A stretch of 64,000 bases of DNA. It comes from an uncultured virus (IMG/VR IMGVR_UViG_3300032897_000528). Lineage: Duplodnaviria; Heunggongvirae; Uroviricota; Caudoviricetes. A program made the position numbers and the translations under genes. Shown in pieces: positions 37,710 to 47,118 of the stretch; within the stretch, counting starts at the first letter, position 1; each line of letters begins with the position of its first letter. The stretch lies in the IMG/VR virus record IMGVR_UViG_3300032897_000528; one strand, given 5' to 3'. The notes beneath the pieces were generated by a model. It made no database searches, had not been told where the DNA came from, and saw nothing but the letters and a program-made list of their open reading frames with translations.

Positions 37710-39004
37710 GACTTGAGTCTCCCTTCATTCCTCAAGAAATCATTGAGCGACTCCTCGTTGTCGTCCGCCCTCAGGACGTCGAGCAGGTGCTCGATAGCAT
37801 GGTTGCCTGGAAAAAGGGCGAGCGCGACCTCGCAGTAGTGCCTGGCCTCGGTCCGCCGGCCGAGCTCGCGCAGGGCCGCTGCCACGAGCACGGGAGTCGA
37901 CCTCTCGAGCAGGTCGCTCTGGTCGAGCGGCTGCGGCTCGGACATGTGCCGCAGGCCCTGCTCGTACGCGACCACGGCCTCAGCGTGCCTGCCCTCGCGG
38001 AGCCTCGAGCGGCATAGCCTCATCGCGGCCGCGACGCTCGGGTAGTGCTCGAGCGCCCGCTCGTACCAGCGCGAGGCCTGCGCGAAGCTCAGCTCGTCCT
38101 CGCAGATCTCGCCGAGCATCGAGCAGGCCCAGGCCGCCTCGGCAGACCACGTCGAGCGAGGCAGATACCTCTCGAGCAGCGCGGCCGCCAGGCGCGGCAT
38201 GCACGTCTTGGCCTCGGCCGCCAGGTAGAGGGTGTCACGGTTGCTGATGTCCCACCCGCTCGACCTCGCCTGGTGGTAGAGCACCTTCAAGTTCCTGCCC
38301 GGCACCCTCAGCCCCGCCCCGGAGCTGTCGCGGCAGTCGCGGACCACGAGGCTGCCGTCGACGTGAGCGACCTTGACGGGGTCGTAGCCTACCAGTCTCT
38401 CGTGGACCTTGCCCTCCCAGCGGATGCGCTGGTCATTGAGCGCGAGCCGCTCGCGCGATCCCCCGCCGGCGGGGGTCAAGTACCTCGTGCTGGCGGCCTC
38501 CACGCCCCTCTCCTCGAGGAGCTCGCACAGCCCCGGCAGGCTCTGCGGGTCGTCCACCACGTCGTCCACGTCCAAGAACAGCCTCCATCTCGCCCGGTGC
38601 AGCTGCCACCCCAGGTTCCGGGCGGCCGCCCAGTCCGCGAGCAGCGGCTGCCCAGTGAACGGTCCCTCGTACCTCTCGCCCACGAAAGATTCTCCAACCG
38701 CGTAGGTCTCGGGGACGTCGAGCAGGTAGAGGTGCGGGTGGGTAGCAGCCGTGACTTCGACCACTTCGACCGACGGTCGGCTGTGTCCCGGCACCAGATC
38801 CCTCCCCTCCCACGACCGCAGCACGGCGACGGTGTCGTCCGACGTGTCGTTGACCACCGCCACCACCTCGGCGAGGTAAGGCCCGACCGACGAGAGGAGG
38901 CGCCGCAACACGCTAGCACCGTTCTTGACGAGCAGGTGCAGCCCCACGCTCGCCTCGCACGACTCGGACGGTCCGCGGAGGACTATGCGATCGCCAGCTC
39001 CCAC
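37706..39004 (-). CDS. GT2 glycosyltransferase with TPR C-terminus (paralog of 22731..23822)
   Basis: DTSDDT, DWAAARN, LDVDD, GKVHE; TPR-like helices. Confidence 0.85.
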   Translation of the reverse strand: MGAGDRIVLRGPSESCEASVGLHLLVKNGASVLRRLLSSVGPYLAEVVAVVNDTSDDTVAVLRSWEGRDLVPGHSRPSVEVVEVTAATHPHLYLLDVPETYAVGESFVGERYEGPFTGQPLLADWAAARNLGWQLHRARWRLFLDVDDVVDDPQSLPGLCELLEERGVEAASTRYLTPAGGGSRERLALNDQRIRWEGKVHERLVGYDPVKVAHVDGSLVVRDCRDSSGAGLRVPGRNLKVLYHQARSSGWDISNRDTLYLAAEAKTCMPRLAAALLERYLPRSTWSAEAAWACSMLGEICEDELSFAQASRWYERALEHYPSVAAAMRLCRSRLREGRHAEAVVAYEQGLRHMSEPQPLDQSDLLERSTPVLVAAALRELGRRTEARHYCEVALALFPGNHAIEHLLDVLRADDNEESLNDFLRNEGRLKS

Positions 39005-39279
39005 CCGTCACCCTCCCGGAGTGTCCGACGACTTGACGTCCCGAGCGAAGAGACAGACGTCGGCTGTCGTCTGGGCGAAGGCCGAGCGGGCCATGGCGAC
39101 AAACTCCTGCTCTGTGGTGAGCGGGAAAGCCGCCACGAGCCTAGCGGCCGTCACCCTCAGCTCAGAGTTGCAGAGGGAGACGATCGCCCCGCTGTAGCGC
39201 AGCCTGAGCTGCTGGCGCCTCTCCTCGTTATGGAGATCTTCTATCTGCCTGCCGTCCGTCGACATCGTCATGGCGCGCT

Positions 39280-39795
39280 CTAGTCCGGCAGCTTGAACGG
39301 CGAGACGATCACCCGAGGCTCGACGTACACGGGCCGCGTCTCGGGCCCGTTCGGGTTCTTGCACAAGATCCAGGTACCCTCGGCAGATGCCGGCGAGAAG
39401 AGCCCGTTCGGGTCGGCCTGCGGCAGCGCTACGGCGGACACACCATTACCGTACTCGACGTGCGGCTTTTGCGGGCTCGTGAACTGCGTGGCGTACGGGA
39501 TCCCAAAACCGACGCTCTGGCAGAAGAAGACCTTCTTGCCCTGCATGTCGCTCCACAGGTACGTGTAGGTCACGAGACCGTCCTGGTCGCGCATCTCCAA
39601 GATATCCTTGTACAGCTTGCGCTCGCGGAAATTCTTGATGGCCGGCATGCCGACCTGGCTCGTGCCCTCCTGCAAGATCTTCTCCTGCTGGTCCCGCTGG
39701 ATGTCGTCCGACGACGGACGCCGCTCCTCGCACCCGCCGACTGCGACTAGTGCCAGGAGTACTACCAATATTCTCGACGCGTTCGCGATCTTCAT
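39280..39795 (-). CDS. Phage-type lipoprotein
   Basis: Lipobox-like VGGC; GMPAIKNFRE..LPQADPNGLFSP. Confidence 0.7.
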   Translation of the reverse strand: MKIANASRILVVLLALVAVGGCEERRPSSDDIQRDQQEKILQEGTSQVGMPAIKNFRERKLYKDILEMRDQDGLVTYTYLWSDMQGKKVFFCQSVGFGIPYATQFTSPQKPHVEYGNGVSAVALPQADPNGLFSPASAEGTWILCKNPNGPETRPVYVEPRVIVSPFKLPD

Positions 39796-40157
39796 TCGAA
39801 GCTCCTCTTGTTAGTGCCCGTCCTCTCGTCCTGCAGCTGCCGGACAAAGGCTCGCAGGGCGGCCGGCACCACGGGATCGTCCATGTTGTAGCCTGCCGAC
39901 CTGTGCAGGATGACGTCGGCCAAGGCCGCCCTCGCCTCCTTGTCGACCGTCTCGACGTACTTGAACTGCATGTTCTCGAGCTCCTGCACCATGCCCTGGT
40001 TGAAGGCTCGGGTCTGCTCAAATACTTGGCGCCGCACGGCCTCCTGGCGAGGAGCGAACACCTTGTAGAGGAAGAAATCGTTGCCCTGTGAGATCCAGGT
40101 CAGCGCGAAGATGCCCGCGATGATGCCCAAGATCGCTGCCGTCGTCTTCAACTTCAT
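39792..40157 (-). CDS. Membrane protein coupled to the lipoprotein
   Basis: N-terminal TM; VRRQVFEQT; ATGA overlap. Confidence 0.7.
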   Translation of the reverse strand: MKLKTTAAILGIIAGIFALTWISQGNDFFLYKVFAPRQEAVRRQVFEQTRAFNQGMVQELENMQFKYVETVDKEARAALADVILHRSAGYNMDDPVVPAALRAFVRQLQDERTGTNKRSFE

Positions 40158-40192
40158 CTCGTGTTCCTTTCCAAGGATTGTTGATGTCCGCC

Positions 40193-40221
40193 AAATTACC
40201 ACCTGCGGAAGCAGGTGTCAA
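40193..40221 (-). promoter_or_regulatory. Promoter TTGACA-17-TAATTT with palindromic spacer
   Basis: -35 overlaps the tmk stop; CACCTGC-GGAA-GCAGGTG at 40200-40217. Confidence 0.6.
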
Positions 40222-40859
40222 CTAGTAAAGAGCGCAGCAACCACCGACCACAGGCTGTCGGCGACCTCTCGTATCGACTTTCCACCGGCGTCAACCGTGA
40301 CCCACTTCTTGTAATTTCCAGCTTGGAAAATATCCCACATGCGAGCGTACTCGGCGGCTATCTCCAGCTGCCGTCCAGAGTGCGCCTCGTACAGGTCACT
40401 GCCCCTCCGGTGAGCGACGTCACCCGCGGGGACTCGGAGCAGCACGTACAGGTCAGGCTGAAGCAGCTCCTCGTACGTCTTGACGATCCAATCTTGCAAT
40501 ACGAGACCGTCAAGTCTGCCGTACACGATCGCCGACGGCCACCACCTCGCGCAAACTGCCCACATGCCAGCAGACATCGCGGCCCGCACCCGAGCCGCTA
40601 CCTGGTACCTGCAGGCGGCCTGCAGGCACTCGAGCTCGCGGGCCTCGGCAGAAGTCCTGCCCTCGAGCTTGTGCGTCCGCAGGTGCTCGGAGATCGCCTG
40701 TCCCACCGGTGTCGAGTAGTCAGGCGTCGTAAACCTCTCGGCGGAAACCCCAGAGCGGACCAGCCGCTCGGTCAAGATCTTGGCCTGCACGTCCTTGCCG
40801 ACCCGGTCAGCACCCTCGATCACCACGAAGCGCGGACTGCTACTCGAAGTCGACGTCAT
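40218..40859 (-). CDS. tmk: Thymidylate-kinase-like dNMP kinase
   Basis: VVIEGADRVGK..Q, P.YSTPVGQAI, RWWPSAIVYG, LQPDL. Confidence 0.8.
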   Translation of the reverse strand: MTSTSSSSPRFVVIEGADRVGKDVQAKILTERLVRSGVSAERFTTPDYSTPVGQAISEHLRTHKLEGRTSAEARELECLQAACRYQVAARVRAAMSAGMWAVCARWWPSAIVYGRLDGLVLQDWIVKTYEELLQPDLYVLLRVPAGDVAHRRGSDLYEAHSGRQLEIAAEYARMWDIFQAGNYKKWVTVDAGGKSIREVADSLWSVVAALFTS

Positions 40860-41898
40860 CACTGTCCTCCCCGCCGACAGTGTCGTCGGCATCGTCGTGA
40901 TAGTCCGGACCAGGAGAGGGCGGGTAGACGTCGCTCCGCTGGGGCGAGACGGCGATCTCGGCGGGAGGCCCCGCGGACGCCGCGACCGGACGGTCTGCTG
41001 AGGTTGACGACTCCTCCGACTTCTCGGCCCTCCTCTCGACCGACCTCGCCGCGATCGCCTCCTCCTGCTCGCGCAGGAGCCGGTCGACCAGCTTCTCGTC
41101 GTCAGACATCGACTGCCTCCAGTAAGCGGCCATCGAGGTGTCTAGATCTTGTCCGACAATACCTGACCGCAGCTGCTGCTGCAGCTTGATGTACCGGGCA
41201 GCGCTCTCCCGCACGTGAGTCGTCACGCACGCCGCGCGCGGCTCGCGACCTCTGTGCTTCCAGAGCCTTAGCTCCCACACGTCGCGGAACCCGGCGTAGA
41301 ATCCCCGCACGCTGTCGCCGACGTGCTTGTCGAGCGGCCACTGCCTCCACGATAGTCGAGGCAGCTCCGCGATCGAGGCGTCGGCGTACGCTGTCACGAG
41401 ATATACTCTCACGAGTCGGCCTCGCGGCGTGTACGCGACGTAGAGCGGCTCGACGAAGCGAGACCAGGTCGACACGAGTAGGGCCGAGCACGCCCGGCAG
41501 GCAGCCTCGGTCTCGGTCTCGCTGCCGAGCAGGTCGGCGGTCGGCAGGTCGAGAGTGCCGTCGGCCTGGGCGCACAGGCCGAACTCATACGAGTAGACCG
41601 ACGAGGGGTCGGCCGTCTTCCCGTCGGACAACTTCATGAGCTTGGATATCACGACCTTCACGCGCGTGGGGCGAGCGCTCTCGCCCACCGGCGGCGAGTC
41701 CCCAGGCAAGAGCCTCCACAGCCAGCGGGCATGCGATATGCAACCCTCGCAGACGCCGACGTCGCTCCGCTGCTTGCCGAGCAAGATCGGAGCCTCCGCA
41801 TTACCGCAGTAGATGCACGCGGGGCGCGGATCTGCGTCAGCTGCCGTGAACGAGTAGTCCCAGGGGGGCTTGTACCCCTTCTTCGGACCGTCAGCCAT
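40840..41898 (-). CDS. Zn finger plus degenerate Nudix-like domain protein
   Basis: CIYC..CEGC; LDLPT..GSETETEAACR. Confidence 0.55.
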   Translation of the reverse strand: MADGPKKGYKPPWDYSFTAADADPRPACIYCGNAEAPILLGKQRSDVGVCEGCISHARWLWRLLPGDSPPVGESARPTRVKVVISKLMKLSDGKTADPSSVYSYEFGLCAQADGTLDLPTADLLGSETETEAACRACSALLVSTWSRFVEPLYVAYTPRGRLVRVYLVTAYADASIAELPRLSWRQWPLDKHVGDSVRGFYAGFRDVWELRLWKHRGREPRAACVTTHVRESAARYIKLQQQLRSGIVGQDLDTSMAAYWRQSMSDDEKLVDRLLREQEEAIAARSVERRAEKSEESSTSADRPVAASAGPPAEIAVSPQRSDVYPPSPGPDYHDDADDTVGGEDSDDVDFE

Positions 41899-42268
41899 GA
41901 GTCACCTCGCGATCGTCCGAGTCGCCCACCTCTCTGTACTCGACGTACTGCCCTTCGGGCAGCTCGACCAGAGAGATCTGAGCGCTCTGACCCGACTCGA
42001 TCATTCGTACTAGATCTTCGACCGAGATACCCAGCAGCTCCGCTGCCGACTCGACCGCAAGGTCAGGAGTGCCTGGCACGTACTCCAGGATGAAGACGCC
42101 CCGCGCTGGCATCTCTGTCCCGAGCGGCAGAATAAGGCCAGGAAACCCAAGGTCAAGCAGGGAGATCTTCGCGCTTCCGGAAGCAAGCCTGACCTCGAAG
42201 CTCCGCCGTATAGACCATGCCTCTCCGGTTACTTGACAAAGCTCCTTTTCAGAGCTATTCTTAGAGGT

Positions 42269-43360
42269 ATGGATAGCAGAGGATTTCCTACATCCCTCCC
42301 CGAATTTCAACGCGTCTTTCCAGACGATGCCGCATGTACTAAGTACCTGGAAGCTTTGAGGTGGCCGGATGGATTCACATGCCCCAAGTGTGGCTGGCAC
42401 GGCGAGCCGTATCGCTTCGCGACGCGTAGCTCTACCGTGTTGCGCTGCAAGGTGTGCGGTGACAAGGGCAACATTTCCCTCACGGCCGGCACGGTCATGC
42501 AAAAGACCCACACGCCCCTTTCCACGTGGTTCTGGGGCGCGTATCTTGTGACCACGCAGACGCCGGGCATGTCGGCCCTTCAATTCCAAAGGCAACTGGG
42601 CTTGTCCCGCTACGAGACGGCCTTCCAGATACTCCACAAGCTGCGAGCGGGGATGGTCCGTCCCGACCGCGATACAATTGGAGGAGAGCACGCCGTTGAG
42701 GTCGATGAGTGCTATGTAGGCGGCAAGACGCGCGGGGAGGGACACGGTGTTCACCACCAAGCCACTGTGGTCGGCGCTGTCGAGGTACGAACACGTAAAG
42801 ATGCCGATGATCGAGCGGCCAAGTGGAAAGAGACACACGAAAAGGGAATCCCCGTCAAGCGGCTTGTCTATGCCGGTCGACTCCGATTGCAAATGGTCTC
42901 CGACATGCCCGGCAAGCTCGAAGTGATGGCTGATCCGGGTTTGTCGGGCCGAAGTGCTGAAAGGTTGCTCGGTTTCGTTCAAGAGAACGTAACACCGGGC
43001 TCGAAGGTCCGAACAGATGGGTGGATTGGCTATCGAGGCCTGACAGAAGCCGGCTACGAACACGACTCGCTTGTACTCGGTGGAGATCCTGAAAAGGCCG
43101 AGGCTCACTTGCCTATGATCCACTTGGTCTTCGGCAATTTGAAGTCTTGGCTTCGAGGCACCCATCATGGAGTTTCGCAGCAGCATCTTCCAGCCTATCT
43201 CAATGAGTTCGTGTTCCGTTTCAACCGTCGTTTCTATCCAATGACCGCGTTCAACTCCGTTTTGGGCCTCGCAGTGAAGACAATTCCACCGACTTACGAG
43301 CAGTTGTATTCCGGAGAGTGGATTCATCCGGGTTCGTCGTCTTCGTCGGAGGCTGCGTAA
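42269..43360 (+). CDS. IS1595-family transposase
   Basis: RWPDGFTCPKC zinc ribbon; VEVDECYVGG; RTDGW; GTHHGVS..HL..YLNEF.FRFNRR. Confidence 0.95.
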   Translation: MDSRGFPTSLPEFQRVFPDDAACTKYLEALRWPDGFTCPKCGWHGEPYRFATRSSTVLRCKVCGDKGNISLTAGTVMQKTHTPLSTWFWGAYLVTTQTPGMSALQFQRQLGLSRYETAFQILHKLRAGMVRPDRDTIGGEHAVEVDECYVGGKTRGEGHGVHHQATVVGAVEVRTRKDADDRAAKWKETHEKGIPVKRLVYAGRLRLQMVSDMPGKLEVMADPGLSGRSAERLLGFVQENVTPGSKVRTDGWIGYRGLTEAGYEHDSLVLGGDPEKAEAHLPMIHLVFGNLKSWLRGTHHGVSQQHLPAYLNEFVFRFNRRFYPMTAFNSVLGLAVKTIPPTYEQLYSGEWIHPGSSSSSEAA

Positions 43361-43438
43361 AAAAGTTGTAGTCCTCCAGAAGGATCGCCCGCTGTTTGGT
43401 GAACATGCGGCGCATGCGATAAAGGCGTTGAAGAAGCG

Positions 43439-44281
43439 TCATGTAATGGTCGCTTCTTTGACCGGCCCACTCCTACTTATGTGCCCTCGACAATAATTTT
43501 TGTTGTCGGCTCCGATTCCAGTGGCGTCTTCGCCGCAGTTGTGAATAGCGCATGGCAAATTGTCTCGCCAAACACGCAAGTACGCGTAACGTATTTCCGG
43601 TTCTTGGTGGAATAACCTTTCAAAACAATTGAGGCACACCATAGGATTATCCCCGAGTTCAGAAAGCAATGTCTTGCCTTCAGCGGAGTCCGCAAATTCA
43701 TGCGGCACCTGATAGAAATAAGTGCGCTTCTGTTGATGTGAGAAGGAACGACAGCCCTTAACCGGGCAGGTTTCCAGCGTTTCCAGGTCTTCTTTCCATC
43801 GATCTTGTCGCGCTTCCAAACTTCGATTAGACGATTTCTTGTCTAATCCTGCCGGCTTGATATGCAGCTCTGTATTCGCAATAGTTGTCTCCAGTTCAAC
43901 AATTCGATTTGCTCGCGCCAAAAGAAGCGCTTGATTACTCTCGCGTTCACGCGATTCGTTGCGAGCGTCTAATTCCAACGCAGCGATTCGATCCCGTAAC
44001 GGCTTCGTTTCCTTCGCCAAAAAATCATCTATATGAGACCCAACAGTGTGTATCGCAATCACAGAGAAAAAAATGAACCCACCACCCAGAATGAACCAAA
44101 CGGGCGTCCAGTCTCGCGCTGCCCACCAAATAGTCGGGTCAACACGCAGCATTAGAACCATTACGCTGACGACCGCCGCACCAAATATTGGCAAAAACGG
44201 CGCCACGCGTTTCATGAAGCGCCCCACAGTCTTGAGGCGTTTCCATTGTTCCTCGATATCGGGTACGAGATCAGATCCCAT
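43439..44281 (-). CDS. Passenger gene: 2-TM, coiled-coil, Cys-rich protein
   Basis: Low GC; two hydrophobic helices; CPVKGC, CLNC, CAIHNC..CRGH. Confidence 0.7.
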   Translation of the reverse strand: MGSDLVPDIEEQWKRLKTVGRFMKRVAPFLPIFGAAVVSVMVLMLRVDPTIWWAARDWTPVWFILGGGFIFFSVIAIHTVGSHIDDFLAKETKPLRDRIAALELDARNESRERESNQALLLARANRIVELETTIANTELHIKPAGLDKKSSNRSLEARQDRWKEDLETLETCPVKGCRSFSHQQKRTYFYQVPHEFADSAEGKTLLSELGDNPMVCLNCFERLFHQEPEIRYAYLRVWRDNLPCAIHNCGEDATGIGADNKNYCRGHISRSGPVKEATIT

Positions 44282-44380
44282 GGTGCGCTACAGTATCTTA
44301 CCCGCCACACCACTGTCAAGTAACCGTATAGGCATGGTATAGACTTCCTGGCGATGTCCACATCCTCGCGCATGTCAGAC

Positions 44381-44743
44381 CTACGAGTCCCAACCGTAGT
44401 CGTCGCCCCGCTCGCGCCGCCTCCCGCGACCCCCGTCTCGACGCTTGGGCTCCCTCGACGGTGCGCCGGCCCGACGCTGGCCGCTCCGCGGTCCGGTAGA
44501 CACGGCGTCTTCGACGTGCAGATCTCGGTCGCCGATCATTGCTCCGGCCAAAGCGGCCTTGGCGGCATCGGCGTCAGCACCTTCCGCGAGCTCGACGAAC
44601 GCGTACCCGCGCGACCTGCCGGTCTCCCGGTCCGTCACTACCTTGACAGAAGCGTGAGCGACCCCGCGCTCGCGCAGCAGGCTGCCGAGCTCAGCGTCGG
44701 TGGCGGACCAGGGCAGGTTGCCCAGAAAGAGCCTTGTTCCCAT
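44381..44743 (-). CDS. RRM RNA-binding protein
   Basis: RLFLGNLPW (RNP2), DRETGRSRGYAFVE (RNP1), Arg/Gly tail. Confidence 0.9.
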   Translation of the reverse strand: MGTRLFLGNLPWSATDAELGSLLRERGVAHASVKVVTDRETGRSRGYAFVELAEGADADAAKAALAGAMIGDRDLHVEDAVSTGPRSGQRRAGAPSREPKRRDGGRGRRRERGDDYGWDS

Positions 44744-45300
44744 TCTTCATTCACTCCTCATTTGGTGGTCTTGCGTGCTCCAGTCGCGCACGAGGTACCG
44801 CAGCACCTCAGCGTCGGATACCTGTCCGCAGAATCCTACTACGTACTTCTTGACGACACGAAACTGCTCGAATTCTTTATTAGTGAGCAGCGTGCACACG
44901 CGCTTCGAGTGACTCTCGTCCTCAGCCGCCGGGCTCGGTCGCGAGGTCGCGCGTCCTTTAAGACTCATCGTCGTCCTCGTCGTCAGGCGGCTCGACCGCG
45001 CCTCCCGACCTGAGACCGAGGCCGAGCCCTCGCCTCGCGGGGAGAGGAGCCGCGCTCGGAGAAGCGACGCGCTTCGGGACGACCCTCACGGAGGCGTCAG
45101 GGTCTGCGACCTCGCGCTTGCCGACGGCCAGCGCCCCGAGGCGCCTCTTGTAGCGCCTCACTATGTCCCTCGAGGAGTCGGGAGTAGACCCCTCGCGCGG
45201 GACATCCAGCCTGAAGGGACCCGCAGCGACTCGTCTGCTCGCCGAGAGGTCAGCACCTGCGTCCTCTCGAGGCTCGTCTCTCTTCCTGTCGCCCATGACT

Positions 45301-45318
45301 CGCGCCTATCCAGTTGAG
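45301..45318 (+). mobile_element. Solo cassette-type terminal repeat
   Basis: CGCGCCTATCCAGTTGAG; contains the TAG stop of 45306..45602, which ends STG* as cassette B does. Confidence 0.55.
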
Positions 45319-45602
45319 TTCCCTGATCTGGTCGGTTGAACGCTCTCCAGTGCCGCGAAAAAAAGAGTCTTCTCCGACGGAGACAGCGACCGGCAGGCCA
45401 TGGCGAGCATCAAGGGCCGCTGCTGTGAGTCGGTTAGTCGCACGTCAGGATGAGCATCCAACCATGAAGAAACGTCGTTGAGGTCGACGTGACATGACCG
45501 TTTAGAGCCGAGACACTCCGGGAGTGGACTGTCAGGAGACTCTCGCAAAAGTAGCCTGCCTATCGACCACCACAATGAAATCAGCGTTTTTCTCATTGAC
45601 AC
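45306..45602 (-). CDS. Lower-GC hypothetical protein ending in a cassette-type end
   Basis: GGAG upstream; C-terminus NSTG*. Confidence 0.55.
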   Translation of the reverse strand: MSMRKTLISLWWSIGRLLLRESPDSPLPECLGSKRSCHVDLNDVSSWLDAHPDVRLTDSQQRPLMLAMACRSLSPSEKTLFFAALESVQPTRSGNSTG

Positions 45603-45609
45603 GTATCTC

Positions 45610-46074
45610 CTACCTGCAGCGACTGACGTGGCTCTTGCGCACGATTATCGGGTGGCTGCGCGGGGTGCGCCTGGCGGCTAGCTCTCCGGTCGGCAGCTTC
45701 TCGCACACGACGAGCTCGTCGAGCAGCCTCGGGTCACTCGACAGCTGAGCCCTGTAGGCCACCTCGTACCGAGGTCGATACTGCTGCGCCACCTTGACCT
45801 TGTCGCCCACTTCGTAGTCAGTCGACTTCGGACGGGGCGGTGGCGCGTAGCCCGCAGACTCGAGACTTCCAACGCTCTCGGAGAGGTTCGAAACCAGCGA
45901 CACCGCGCTCAACACCAGCTCCACGCCCCGGACCACCTCGGAATTACGATCTTTCGCAGATCCCCACGCGGACAGGCGATCTCTGACCAGCGACAAGATC
46001 TTGTGAGCCTTGTCGACATTGCGGTGCAGACGGATCACCGGTGTGCTGCGCCTGTACTTGGTCTTGCGTCCCAC
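45610..46074 (-). CDS. Hypothetical protein
   Basis: 154 aa, operon packing. Confidence 0.6.
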   Translation of the reverse strand: MGRKTKYRRSTPVIRLHRNVDKAHKILSLVRDRLSAWGSAKDRNSEVVRGVELVLSAVSLVSNLSESVGSLESAGYAPPPRPKSTDYEVGDKVKVAQQYRPRYEVAYRAQLSSDPRLLDELVVCEKLPTGELAARRTPRSHPIIVRKSHVSRCR

Positions 46075-46077
46075 GTC

Positions 46078-46353
46078 CTAAGCTCCTTTCCGCCCCGCGA
46101 CCTTGCGGCAGAGCCGAGCTAAATCGGCCGGCACGAGCGTGGTGTCGCCGTCGAGGTCGCGCGACTTGATCCTCTCGTAGAGGGCCCGGCTCATGGTCTC
46201 GAGCGTGACGTCCCTGCCCGTCACGTCGTCGACCACGCTGATCTGCTCGCCAGCAGCAACCAAGTCGGAGAGATCGACCACCTGGACGTAGGTGTGCGTT
46301 GCCTCGTCGTAGTGCTTGTGGTTCGCGTACTTCCTGATCTGTCTCATTGTCAT
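46078..46353 (-). CDS. PhaR-type (PHB_acc_N) DNA-binding domain protein
   Basis: IRKYANHKHYD..TYV..DL..LV..GE.I.VVD..TGRDVT. Confidence 0.75.
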   Translation of the reverse strand: MTMRQIRKYANHKHYDEATHTYVQVVDLSDLVAAGEQISVVDDVTGRDVTLETMSRALYERIKSRDLDGDTTLVPADLARLCRKVAGRKGA

Positions 46354-46363
46354 TCCTTACTCG

Positions 46364-46837
46364 TCAGAGCGGACCCCGGCGCTGCTCGATCTCCTCCTGG
46401 ATGTCAGCAGCCAAGATCCTCATGTCGCGCACCATCTTGCGCGTGTGCTCCGTGTAGCCCCGGAACCCGCTGCCCGCCTTGGTGGCCATAACGGACAGGA
46501 GCTCGGCGAGCGTGGCGAGCTCGTTCAAGATCTCCACGTCGCCCGCCGGCATCGTCACGGTCGCCGTCACGCCGTACCTCCCGGCAGCGTACACCTCAGA
46601 GACCCTGGGAACTGCCAGAGCAGGCGATGCTGCGAGCCTACCTCCAGGCGGCAGCACCGCCACGGACTTCGACCTGCAGGACTCGCAGTCCGAAGCCCCC
46701 TGCGGCTGTACGCTCCCGCACGTGGTGCAGTAGAGGTTCTGACTGCCGCACCTGGGACAGTAGCCATCGCACGGCGTTGGCGGAACATACCGGCAGGCAG
46801 TGCACGCGAGGGTCACGGGGCACCTCCTGGGGCGCAT
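46364..46837 (-). CDS. Double zinc-ribbon protein
   Basis: CTAC..CPRC..CTTC..CESC. Confidence 0.55.
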   Translation of the reverse strand: MRPRRCPVTLACTACRYVPPTPCDGYCPRCGSQNLYCTTCGSVQPQGASDCESCRSKSVAVLPPGGRLAASPALAVPRVSEVYAAGRYGVTATVTMPAGDVEILNELATLAELLSVMATKAGSGFRGYTEHTRKMVRDMRILAADIQEEIEQRRGPL

Positions 46838-47118
46838 CGCTGGCAGTCTCGGACCAGAGGTGGCAGGACGCTGTAGCAACCGTCGCAGTAGATCTGACGC
46901 TTATGGCACGTCGGGCACTCGGCGACTCTCGGGTCACGCACGGTGGCGCACGAGACGCACACGAGGAGACGCTGCCTGCTGCACCTCGGACAGCTCTCGA
47001 CCCCCTGGGGCACCTCCCAACCGCACCGATCGCAGCAGAAGGTGACCGACTTGCACTGTCTGCAGGTGCTTGATCCAGGCTGCTTGAGCGTCCGGCACAT
47101 GATGCACGACACGCTCAC
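46813..47118 (-). CDS. Multi zinc-ribbon protein
   Basis: Eight CxxC motifs in 101 aa. Confidence 0.6.
   Translation of the reverse strand: MSVSCIMCRTLKQPGSSTCRQCKSVTFCCDRCGWEVPQGVESCPRCSRQRLLVCVSCATVRDPRVAECPTCHKRQIYCDGCYSVLPPLVRDCQRCAPGGAP

Larger units (their letters stand above)
42216..44336 (+). mobile_element. IS1595-family element with one passenger gene (2121 bp)
   Basis: 23-bp inverted repeats CATGCCTCTCCGGTTACTTGACA / TGTCAAGTAACCGTATAGGCATG (21/23); TSD GTATAGAC at 42208-42215 and 44337-44344. Confidence 0.95.
41891..44373 (-). pseudogene. 117-aa gene split by the IS1595 insertion
   Basis: Removing the IS and one TSD restores MREDVDIARKSIRRSFEVRL...EVTHG (44373-44337 joined to 42207-41891). 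Confidence 0.8.

Noticed and set aside
41891..43327. 478-aa minus-strand ORF
   Set aside because: Antisense shadow of the transposase fused by chance to the tail of the interrupted gene.
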